A stretch of 64,000 bases of DNA, taken from Lama guanicoe (taxonomy: Eukaryota). Location: positions 14,458,375 through 14,522,374 of the forward strand of contig MU055609.1 of the NCBI GenBank assembly GCA_013239625.1, written 5' to 3'. Both the position numbers and the translations under genes were made by a program. Below the pieces are notes generated by a model. It ran no database searches and was not told where the DNA came from. It was given only the letters and a program-made list of their open reading frames with translations. Every line of letters starts with the position of its first letter. Positions within the stretch are counted from its first letter, which is position 1. Shown here one piece after another: positions 1 to 10,334 of this stretch.

Positions 1-2150
1 ATTAACAGCAGATATGATCACAGGGGAAAAAAGGATTTCTAAATTTGAAGGCATACCAATAGAAAGTATCTAAAATAAAATGTCAAGAGGAAAAATTTTT
101 TAATGAGCAATTATCAATGAGCTATGGGACAACTCCTAGAGAAGTTACACTACGGGTAAGTAGAGTCCCCCAAAGAGGACAAAAGTAGGAGAATATTTGA
201 AGAAATAGTCAAAAAATTTCCAAATCTGATAAAAACAATGAACCATGGCTTAAAAAATCTTAATGAAAATAAAGCACAAGAAACAGGAATAAAACTTCAC
301 CAAGGCAAGTTTATTATTATAACTTTGTAATAATAAAGTTGCTTAAAGCCAGTGCTAAAGAGAAAATCTGAAAAGGAGCCAAAGAAAAAGAGCCACATTG
401 CATACAAAGGAATAAAGATAAGAATGACAGCAGACGTCTCACTGGAAAGAGTTCAAGTCAGAAGACAGTGGTACAACTGTCTTTAAAGTATGGAATGTGA
501 AAAACAAAACAAAACTCATTCATCTAGAATTCTACACCCAGTGAAAATATATTTTTTAAAAAAAGTAAAATAAAGACTTTTTCCAAAGTGAAACAAGCTG
601 AAATAATTAATCACTAATAGAACTGCACTGTAAGAATATTATAGGAAGCCCTTGAAACAGAAGGAAAAATGTTGCCAGATGAAAATCTGGATCTACACCA
701 AAAAAGGAAGACCTCTGGAAATGACAACTATGTGGGAAATTTTCAAATAATTTTTCTCACTTAAAATAATCTTTAAAAGATAATTTATTGGTTAAAGCAA
801 AAAGTAATTATTCTGGGTTTATAACATATATAGAAGTAAAATGTGTGACAAAAATAGCATAAAGGCTGGGAGGGGGGAAATGGAGGTACACTGTTGCAAA
901 GTTCTTATTCCAAACATGCAATGGTATAATTACTTGAAGGTAGACTGCGATAGGTCATGGATGTATACTATAAATCCAAAAATAACCACTGAAAAATATA
1001 CCTAATTAAGTCAATAAAGGAGGTAAAATGAAATTAAAAAATACCTAAACAGAAAAAGGGGAAAGGGATTAAAGAACACATGAGACAAATAGAAAACAAA
1101 TAGCAAGAAGACAGATTTAAGCTCAATCATATCAATAATCACACTAAATGTAAATGGTCTTAAAACCCCAATAAAAAGGCCAAGATTGCCAGATTGTTTA
1201 TTCAAAGCAAGATCCAACTATGTATTGCCTGCAAGAAACCCATTTATAAACTTGATAAAATATAAATTTAAATTCTATCAAAAATTGACTGAATTGCAAG
1301 GATAAATGGGAAAATATACAATTATATTTGGAAATATTTCAACATCCCTTTCTCAATAATCAATAGATCAAGAAGGCAGAAAATCAGCAAAGATATAGTA
1401 GACTAGAACAACCAATTTAGCCTAATTGACAGTTATAAAACACCTCACCCAACAACAGAAAAGTATACATTTTTAAAGTACACATAAGGGGAGGATGGTA
1501 TAGCTCAAGTGGTAGAGTGCATGCTTAGCATGCATGAGGTCCTGGTTCAATCCCCAGTACCTCCTCTTAAAATAAATAAACCTAATTATGTCCCCTCCCC
1601 CCAAAATAAAATAATTAAATAATACCATAATAATAAAAAAAACTTAAAAAATAAAGTATACATAAAATATTTAACAAGATAGGTATTTTCTGATCATAAA
1701 AGAAGTTTCAATATNNNNNNNNNNNNNNNNNNNNNNNNNNNNNNNNNNNNNNNNNNNNNNNNNNNNNNNNNNNNNNNNNNNNNNNNNNNNNNNNNNNNNN
1801 NNNNNNNNNNNNNNNNNNNNNNNNNNNNNNNNNNNNNNNNNNNNNNNNNNNNNNNNNNNNNNNNNNNNNNNNNNNNNACTGAGTGAAAATGAAAATACAA
1901 ATTATCAGAATTTGTGGAATGACACCAAAAGAGTAGTTAGGGAAAATTTTATAGGATTAAACACCTATAATAAGAAAAAAAAGAAAGTTCTCAAATCAGT
2001 GTTGTAAGCTTATACCTTAAGGACTAGAAAGAGAAGAGCAAATTAAACCCAAATCAGCAGAAGGAAAGAAATAACAAAGATCAGAGCATAAATCAATGAA
2101 ACAGAAAACAGAAATATAATCAAGAAAATCAATACACCAAAACCCATTTT
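1..2150 (+). mobile_element. Decayed L1 (old L1M-type): 3' half of ORF1, inter-ORF spacer and start of ORF2 endonuclease, internally deleted
   Basis: A-rich sense strand with ORF1-like text (gaatatttgaagaaatag..., aagaatgacagcagac...). At ~1130, atcaataatcacactaaatgtaaatggtcttaaaaccccaataaaaagg reads SIITLNVNGLKTPIKR, the L1 EN start. Many stops and frameshifts. Confidence 0.9.
1488..1652 (+). mobile_element. tRNA-Ala-derived SINE (camelid Vic-1 type), long-tail form
   Basis: ggtatagctcaagtggtagagtgcatgcttagcatgcatgaggtcctggttcaatccccagtacctcc followed by an A-rich tail. TSD aaagtacacataa (1475-1487) / aaagtatacataa (1653-1665). Confidence 0.92.
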
Positions 2151-2204
2151 TGTTGTTGCTTTTAGAAGATTATTTTTCCAAATGACTGTCAGAAAGTTAC
2201 CAAA

Positions 2205-2362
2205 TGAATGGGATGCAGCAGAGCACAAGCTTTGGAGTAATAGTCTTGATTTCAGTTACAGCTTAGATATTATTAATAGTATTATTATCTAAGCTGTACC
2301 TGAATTGTCCATGCCACAATTTCCTCATGTATAAAATAGAGGTAACAGTACCTGCCTTGCAC
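2205..2362 (+). mobile_element. MIR SINE fragment with rearranged core
   Basis: gagcacaagctttggagt ... aatttcctcatgtataaaatagaggtaacagtacctgcc resembles the MIR head and core. Confidence 0.7.
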
Positions 2363-2371
2363 TTTCATATC

Positions 2372-2800
2372 CAAGTATACCTTGTTTTGTTGTGCTTTGC
2401 TTTACAGCATTTTTTTAAATACAAGTTGAAGGTTTATGGCAATCCTGAGTCAAGCAAGTCTATAGGCACTATTTTGCCAACAGCATTTGCTCATTTCGTG
2501 TCTCTGTCATATTTTGGTAATTCTCACAATATTTCAAATCCTCCACCAACCAAAAGGCTAGACTCACTGAAGGCTCAGNNNNNNNNNNNNNNNNNNNNNN
2601 NNNNNNNNNNNNNNNNNNNNNNNNNNNNNNNNNNNNNNNNNNNNNNNNNNNNNNNNNNNNNNNNNNNNNNNNNNNNNNNNNNNNNNNNNNNNNNNNNNNN
2701 NNNNNNNNNNNNNAAAAGTTCATATGATTTACTTCATTTCAATATTCACTTTATTGTCGTGGTCTGGAACCAAACATGCAATACCTCCACAATATGCCTG
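2372..2800 (+). mobile_element. Internally deleted Tigger1 (Tigger1a-type) TcMar DNA transposon
   Basis: Degenerate TIRs caagtatacct... / ...aatatgcctg. The Tigger1 5' text (gaaggtttatggcaatcctgagtcaagcaagtctat) is joined directly to the 3' text (cctccaccaaccaaaagg...gaaggctcag). Confidence 0.88.
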
Positions 2801-2829
2801 CATTGATCGTGGTAGTGAAAAATGTAATA

Positions 2830-3037
2830 CAATTGGCCCTTCGTATCCACAGGTTCCACATCTGCAGATTAAACCAACTGCAGAACATATTTTATGTTTA
2901 CAATCTGTGGTTGGTTGAATGTACAAATGCAAAAGCAGCAGATAAGGAGGGCTGACTGTGGGACCTGAGCATCCTTTGATTTTGGTATCCGAGGTGGGTC
3001 CTGGAATCAATTCCCTGCAGATACCAAGGGATGACTA
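2830..3037 (-). mobile_element. MER2/MER2B-type Tigger-family MITE
   Basis: Ends caattggcccttcgtatccacagg and gataccaagggatgacta, both flanked by TA. Internal tgagcatcctttgattttggtatccg matches MER2. Confidence 0.8.
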
Positions 3038-3134
3038 TAACCCCCATAGAGCCAAATATGTCAGTATTTATCAAAAATTTATATTCATTTACTCTTTTGC
3101 CCAGCAGTTTCAGTTCTGGGACTCTTTTTCCAAT

Positions 3135-4400
3135 GGGTCTTTTGAGATATAATTCCCTTGGCACACAACTCACCTGTTTAATATGTAAAATTCAATGACT
3201 TTTAGTTTATTCACAGAGTTGTTCAATGATCATCACAATCTATTTTGAAAGATTTCCATCTCCCCCCAAAAAAACTTCATACCTATTAGCAGTCATTCTC
3301 ATTTCCTACCAGTTCCCTCAGCCCTAGACAACCACTAATCTAATTTTTCTCTATATAGANNNNNNNNNNNNNNNNNNNNNNNNNNNNNNNNNNNNNNNNN
3401 NNNNNNNNNNNNNNNNNNNNNNNNNNNNNNNNNNNNNNNNNNNNNNNNNNNNNNNNNNNNNNNNNNNNNNNNNNNNNNNNNNNNNNNNNNNNNCTGAATA
3501 TTTCATTGTATAGATATATTACACATTTATCTATTATCAGNNNNNNNNNNNNNNNNNNNNNNNNNNNNNNNNNNNNNNNNNNNNNNNNNNNNNNNNNNNN
3601 NNNNNNNNNNNNNNNNNNNNNNNNNNNNNNNNNNNNNNNNNNNNNNNNNNNNNNNNNNNNNNNNNNNNNNTGGGTCAAATGGTCGTTCCACGTCTAACAT
3701 TTTGGAGAACCCCCAAATCATTTTCCAAAATGCCTGCACCATTTTACATTTCCACCAGCAATGTATGAGAGCTCCAATTTCTCCACATTCTCATCAACTG
3801 TTACGGACTGAATGTTTCTTTCCCCACTCCCCTGCCCCAAATTCATTTGTTGAAGCCCTAACCCCTACTATGACTGTATTTGGAGATAAGGCCTGTGAGG
3901 AGGTGAAAAGTTAAATGAGGTCATAAGGGCGGGGCACTTCTATAGGACTGGTACCCTTATAAGAAGAAGAAGAGACACCAGAGTTTACTCTCTCTCTGTC
4001 TCTGCATGTGCACAGAGTCATTGTGAGCACATGTCAAGATGGCGGCCATCTACAAGCCAGGAAGAGAGGTCTCACCAGGAACCAAATTGGCCAACACCTT
4101 GATCATGGAATTTCCAGCCTCTAGAACTATGAGAAATTTCTGTTGTTTAAACCAAACAGTGGTATTTTGTTATAATAGCCTGAGCAGGCTAAAACACCAG
4201 CATTTGTTATTGTCTGTCTTTTTTATTACACGATGNNNNNNNNNNNNNNNNNNNNNNNNNNNNNNNNNNNNNNNNNNNNNNNNNNNNNNNNNNNNNNNNN
4301 NNNNNNNNNNNNNNNNNNNNNNNNNNNNNNNNNNNNNNNNNNNNNNNNNNNNNNNNNNNNNNNNNTTTGTCCATTTTTTCCCATTTGGTTATCATTTTAT
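3135..4400 (-). mobile_element. L1 3' end (L1MB/MC-type), split by an MLT1 LTR
   Basis: ttttgagatataattc...; ccattttacattcccaccagcaatgtatgagagctcc. The L1 text resumes at 4197. Confidence 0.85.
3799..4196 (+). mobile_element. MaLR solo LTR, MLT1A-like
   Basis: TG...CA termini (tgttacggactgaatg ... gcaggctaaaaca) and typical ttaaatgaggtcataagggcgggg / ccttataagaagaag. Degenerate 5-bp TSD tcaac/ccagc. Strand is given relative to the recalled consensus. Confidence 0.88.
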
Positions 4401-4419
4401 TGTTAAGCCTACAGACAGT

Positions 4420-4900
4420 CTTATACTCAAATGAAATGATGCATACAAAGCCTGTTTGTTTCAACAGGTTGGAAATAACCCTGATGTTCATCATTAGAAA
4501 CTGTATAGCTCATCCACACTGAAGAACAGTATATAACTGTAAAACAGAAAGAGAATGATCACAGAGTCATTTATTAAAGATACCCCAGGATATATTGTTA
4601 AATGAAAGTAAACAAGGTATAGAATAATATATACATAGAGCATTTTTCTTTTTTAAAGAAAGAGGAATAAATAAGAATATATACTATTATTATTAGCTTA
4701 TATTGCAATAAAAAACCATTTGAAGACTCCACAAGGAATTTTTTTAAATGATTACTAATGTGGTGGAAGGTGGGTAGTGGGGTTTAGAGGAACAGGGATA
4801 AAATTGAGACTTCTTATTATGTAGCGTTATATATTATTTTGATCTTTGAAGCCTTTAAATGTGTTACTTATCCAAAACACTAAAAATTGAAATACAAAAA
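4420..4900 (+). mobile_element. Very old L1 (L1ME-type) 3' UTR remnant
   Basis: ttggaaataaccctgatgttcatc, gatatattgttaaatgaaa and tgtgttacttat are L1ME 3' motifs. Confidence 0.65.
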
Positions 4901-5049
4901 CTTTAACATTTCAGTAAAGTGTCTGGCTCTTAGCAAATGTTTTCCTCATGATGTCAGCCTCATTCTGCTCCTACAGATAGATGTGCTTCATAAATGGTAG
5001 GAGGGTGGGGCGTAGCCACTCAAAGTTCCCAGCTACATCATTCTGGATC

Positions 5050-5298
5050 CCAGAGGAAAGAGAAGCATTTTCTTACCCAGCATTTTTAGATAAAAATCTC
5101 AAGGAAGGACCCGGTTTGACTCTGCTTGAGTCACATGTTCATCCCTGTGGCGAGAAGCAGGAACTGCAACTCGATGCCCCATCAGAACCACAAGGAGTGG
5201 AGGTGCAGTGGGAGGGTCATTTCTTCAAAGTGAGAAAGATGCTATTATCAGAGTGGGCAAGGGACACTGTACAGATCAAAGCGACAGGTGTCTACCTC
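5050..5298. mobile_element. Old MLT1 LTR fragment
   Basis: gcttgagtcacatgttcatccctg and the terminal acaggtgtctacctca resemble old MLT1 subfamilies. Confidence 0.5.
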
Positions 5299-5446
5299 AG
5301 CAGGGGAGACAGGCAATATTAAAAGACAATTCTCTGAGTGTGGCACATGCTATGATATAAGTGGGCACAGTGTGCCAGAAGAGGCAGCAGGCTAGCCAGG
5401 AAGTCTTCTTGGAGGTAGTGATGCTCCGGCTGAGTTTTAGATGGTA

Positions 5447-5500
5447 GTTCAATCCCCAGTACCTCCATTACCCAAAAAAAACAAAAAAAAAAAAAAAAAA
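5447..5500 (+). mobile_element. 5'-truncated Vic-1-type SINE
   Basis: gttcaatccccagtacctccatta followed by poly(A); same 3' half as the other copies. Confidence 0.8.
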
Positions 5501-5504
5501 GCCC

Positions 5505-5720
5505 ATGTTTCCTGAGTGTCTATTCTGCCAGACATTGTGCTCAGTTCTTTACATGTATTCATTGTTTGAATTCTCACTACAGTCCTCTAAGTGCTATTAT
5601 CAGCCCTTGGGTACATTACAGAAAACTAAGGCACAGAGAGGTTAAGTGATTTGCCCAAGATCACACAGCCCACAAGTGATGAAACTGGTATTGGAACCCA
5701 GGTGGATCTGATTCCAGCCT
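5505..5720 (-). mobile_element. MIR SINE
   Basis: gaaaactaaggcacagagaggttaagtgatttgcccaagatcacacagc is the antisense MIR core. Confidence 0.9.
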
Positions 5721-5894
5721 TAGGAGGAAGGATACTCAGAATCAGTGCCTACCTGAAGTGGTGGGTGGTGGAAGGGTACATGGACAAGGACTGAGTTGTT
5801 GAGCCCCAGTGCCTAGTGTAAGGCAGTGCCCAGGCTTCCGAGACCCTGGAGGGGCTCGGCTTGAGACTTGGGAAGGCATGTAACGTGAAAGGTC

Positions 5895-6060
5895 AGCACA
5901 TGAGGCTTGAAGCCAAAAACCTGGGTTCAATCCCAGCACTGCATCTACATGTGGCCTTGGGCAAGTGCCTTAGCCTTTCTGAGCCTCGATTCCCTCATGT
6001 GGGAACATAGTAATATTTATCTCCAAATACTAAATGATAGTTAATATTAGTGCTTTCTGA
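5895..6060 (+). mobile_element. MIR SINE
   Basis: cctgggttcaatcccagc...tgtggccttgggcaagtgccttagcctttctgagcctc. Confidence 0.8.
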
Positions 6061-8344
6061 AAAGTCTCAATAATCCCAGCTACTGTTGCCATTACAACCA
6101 CAGGGAGGGGGTGGGAGGTGATGCGCTCTCTAGGACTTGCATTTGACCTCCAAACATACTTGCTGCTTCCTGGAGCTCTCCCCTTCCCTGCTCACTGTGG
6201 CAACTCTTCCATGCTTCAGGGCCCAGGCCTGCTTCCTCCTGGAAGCCCTCCCCACTGCGGCTGCTGACACTTCAATAACTCATCTTTGAGTAACTGTTCT
6301 GCCCTGGTTGGTTGTTGATGCAGCATCTCCCTCCCTCCTTCCGTCCCTTTCTTCCCTCCTACTCTCCCTCTTGTCACCCTTCCTCTAGAAATCCAAGGCA
6401 TCCTTGCTGTCAGGCCTCTGCAACATGATCACTTGAGTGACAAGAAACCCCAGTCCTCAGTTCTAAGCACCTTTGCTTACCTAAAACCCAGTGACAAGCT
6501 GAAGTGAGGCAAAGCAGTGAGAGTCAGAGGTGAGCCTCTCAGACGTGGGTGGCGCACAGGAGCCTCACCTGTAATGGCCCAGGCTGCCCTAGCCTTAGCT
6601 CGGCCCCCTTGAGACATCGCTTCCTTCATTTCTGGAGCCTGGCTTCTGACCCACATGCTCTCATTTCCTCCATGTGTGCTTTACAGAATAAGGACCAGGC
6701 TGATCCAGCGCAGAGATGTCTCCTAGGGTCAGCTTTGCCCTCTGCTAAGGAATAAGGACTGATTAAGCCCCTACTGCACACTGAGCCCTGTACTAAGCAC
6801 AGCCAAGAGTAAAGAAAAGAATGAAGGAGTCAGCCCATCCCTGGGAGCTGAGGGCAGGGCAGGGAGGTGGGCTGGGAACCCAAGGAATAGCCCCCAACCC
6901 CTCACCCCCTACCTCTGACAGTCTCCAACTGCCAGAGGCTGAGAGACTGCAGGCCAGGCCCAGCCCCGCCGGGGGCGGCGCTGTTGGGGTGGGGGTGAGG
7001 GGGTACTCTGCCGGGGCTTCCAGGCAGCAGCCGCCTGACCACCCACTCTCCTGCGCCCCATCTCCCTCACCCTCTCACACGCTGTCACACTTACTAAATG
7101 AGATAATCTGAGCAAAGCACTTAGCATCCTGCCTGGCTAACAGTGAGCTCTTGATAAATGCCAGGAGTCACACCCCCTCCCCCACACACGGTCTGTCCTG
7201 CACACGCCTCGTCCAGCAGCTCTGTCAGCAGCCCTCTGACACCGACATGCCATTCGCCCTCTGATACACCTCTCATGCTCCAGCGACACAGATGCACAAA
7301 CACACACTTATGGGGCACCCATCACACTCATGCACACCCTCTAACCCCACCTCTTCTTTCCTCTGTCCTGAACTCCTCCTGGTGAGCTCCTGGGTGTGAG
7401 CCAAGAGGCCGAGTGGCCAGCGCAGGGCGGTGGGGACAAGCTTGCCCCTATGACCCAGTCCCATCACAGAGGCCGGAGTCTGGATAAGCCTGGAGAGAGG
7501 GACCTGAGGCTGGCAGGGAGGGTGGGAGGGGAGGGGAGGCGATGAGGAGGGGTGGGCCAGCCTGACTTCAGTCTTCTCAGGTGAGAAGTCTGGAGCCAGA
7601 GACTAGCCTCTGAAAAAGACCCCCTGGTGGGGGAGGGGGCACCGAGGAGGTTGCTTGAGGCATACTGAGCCTCCATGGGACCAACCCAAGCTGGAAGCAG
7701 GGGTTTGGAAGGGCCACCCCGACCCACAAGGCCTCTCCCACCTCAGGTCAGAGCTAGGACCCTGCGTTTGAGTGGTCTGGACGCTGACAAGGGCCTGGAA
7801 GGGGTGAGAGGGGAGGGGGTCAAGGATGTTGCCCTCCTCCCATCTCCACCCCCAAGTGTCGGGTGCAAGAACCGTAATCAGGGCAGAATCAGAGACAGAC
7901 AGTCTGGGACAGACAGACAACATATGGAAATAAACAAGAATCGTGGCCTGGGCATCAGGGCAGCAGGGAGGGGAGTGAAGGGGCTGAGCTCTGGGCTCCA
8001 ACACACACTCAATACCATCGGTGCACACTCAGCATGAGCGCCCTACAGGGATATTATAGACACACAGTATGGAGACATAACCCAGGCTCAACAGACACCA
8101 GCCCAGGACATGCAGACACACACTTAGCTGCACAGTGCAGACACCTAGCTCACAGATCCACAATGTGACCACACACAGCAGGGCCACAGCTGCAGCAGCA
8201 GCAAGTTTCACTGGACACACACCCCCGTCAAAGCCCCACACAGCCAGCAGAGATATTCCCCCTGCCCACGCCGATGACTCAGAAGCAGCCACACACTATT
8301 TAGGATGCAAAGGTACAGGCACACAGACACATATGATCTCAGGG

Positions 8345-8381
8345 ACACACACACACATGCACACACACACACACACGTGCA
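8345..8381. repeat. Interrupted (CA)n microsatellite
   Basis: acacacacacacatgcacacacacacacacacgtgca. Confidence 0.9.
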
Positions 8382-9429
8382 CAGACATGCAGACACTATT
8401 CCTCACACTCAGCTGATCCTGGGGTTCTCCTTCCCCTTCTCCCCACTGCCTTTCCTGGACTCTATTTCCATCCTATGTGTCTTTTTAAGACTTATTAAGC
8501 CAGCATCCCTCAGTCCTTAATGCTTCCCAATTCCTGATCTCCTTTCTCCGTCAAGAATTCATAGATGCGTGCTCCTGGGCACACACCGCAAGGTCCGGAT
8601 GCCCTGGGGAGCAGTTGCAGGCCAGAGGGTGTTCCCCTGTCACTCTGGGCATCTGGAAGGCTGAGGATAGGGATTTCAGCAGGTGGCTGCCCCCACCCTA
8701 GGACTTGGCCTCCTGGTTCCTTGTTGGGACCCACTGGAAACTCCACCCTCTTCTGCTCCTGCTCCTCTTACCTCCTTGTATTTCCAACACACTATGCTTT
8801 TCCCTGCACCTTTGTCTTCACATGTGCAGTTCCCTCTGCCTAGAACACTCTCTTAACTCCAGCTCCAAGTAGTCCTCATAGTTTTGAATTTCCTAGATCA
8901 GCTAAAAACTTCAAAAGAAAGTTTGGAAAATGGCAGAAGTGTTCATTTCATTAGCAAGGATACTTAAAAGATAACTACCATCCTCTGTCCACCATCGCTT
9001 CATAAAAAGAACACTTTAATACCACCAAAGTAGGAAGGCACTAGTCTCAGGATAAAGGGTAATCCTTTACACTGAATACATTAGCTTTAAGTAAAACCCA
9101 TTGCATTGTCCTTCTTTACCTCATTTCGCCCATGAGCCACTGGAAACTTCATCACAGATCAGTGTTTGGAACCAACAAGTTCTCAGCTCACAGGCATCTC
9201 CTCCAGGAGGCCCGCTCCACACCCACGCCTCCACCAGCACTGGTCTCACTGCCCGTCGGGGCTCTGTTGTACTCTGTATCTATAACCACAATCGTCACTG
9301 TTCACCAAGTGCCTAACCTGGTAGTGCTTAACATGGATTATCTCATTTTACTCTCATAACCCTGAAAGGGGACCATTTCATAAGTGTCTTGCCCCAATCC
9401 TGCACGCCCCATGCTGGAGGCTCTGACAG

Positions 9430-9660
9430 AGGTAGCAGCGTGGGGTGGTGGAAGGCACCGTAAACACAGGTTTGGGCTGCAAATCCAGGCTCTCCACTTG
9501 CTTCCTGGTTACACGACTGAGCAAGTCACTTTGTCAATCTGAGTCTCAGTTTTTATCACTCATGAAATAGGAGCAGCGATTCCGACTTCACAATGTTGTC
9601 CTGAGGGTGTGCACGTAGAGCTCCTCAGACAGAGCCTGGCATGTGGAAGACACTGAAAAA
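9430..9660 (+). mobile_element. MIR SINE
   Basis: gagcaagtcactttgtcaatctgagtctcagttttt...agagcctggcatgtggaag. Confidence 0.8.
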
Positions 9661-9759
9661 GTGTCACTCCTCTCCCACAGCCCCAGGCTCCCCACCCTCA
9701 TCCTTGTGACTTTCCTTCTACCTCCTTCTCCTGACTGCCCTCCCACCTTTCTTTCCAGC

Positions 9760-10330
9760 CTCCTGTATTAGACCCTACTGCTTTTCTTCCCTCTAAATGT
9801 GGGACTGCCCCAGGGAGCAATCTCCGATCCTCCTCTCTCTTTTGTCTACTCTCCCTCGCTGAGTGATCTCATCCAGTCCCACGGCTTTATGTGTCATCTG
9901 TACTCTGACTCCAAACTTCATCTCTCCAGTCTTGATCTCTCCCCAGACCTCCAGACTTAAACGTTCAACAGTCTGCTTAACACCTCCCTGTGTAGGCCTC
10001 ATGGGTCTCTCAGACTTTACACATACAAAACAGAGACTTGAGTCTTCTCATCCTAATCCATTCCACCCACATTTCCTCATCTCAATAAGTCACAACGTTA
10101 TTACTTAGGTGCTCAAGCCAAAAGCACAACTGATTCTTCTCTTTCTCTTGCTCCTCACCTACAACCATCAGCAAATCTCACTGCCTCTGTCTCCAAAATG
10201 TAGGCCAAATCTTTCATTTCTCTCCATCTGCATTACTCTCACTGGAGTCTGACTTCCCATCACCTATCATCTGGTTCAAACCAATGACATCCTACCTGAT
10301 CTCTCTGCACCTACTTTCCCTCCTTTAAAA
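9760..10330 (+). mobile_element. L2 LINE, RT-domain part; 5' half of an element that continues at 12115
   Basis: ggactgccccagggagcaatc...gatctcatccagtcccacggctttatgtgtcatctgtactctgac is a degenerate GxPQGS...DLIQSHGF...HLYADD. Confidence 0.85.
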
Positions 10331-10334
10331 GATT

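Noticed and set aside
1488-1565. tRNA-Ala(AGC) genes (also at 20212, 35475, 39150, 50825, 57523)
   Set aside because: They have poly(A) tails, TSDs, stem-breaking substitutions and high local copy number, so they are SINEs rather than tRNA genes.
8880-9190. Possible hAT-Charlie-type MER fragment
   Set aside because: The composition is suggestive, but I could not identify TIRs or a family with confidence.
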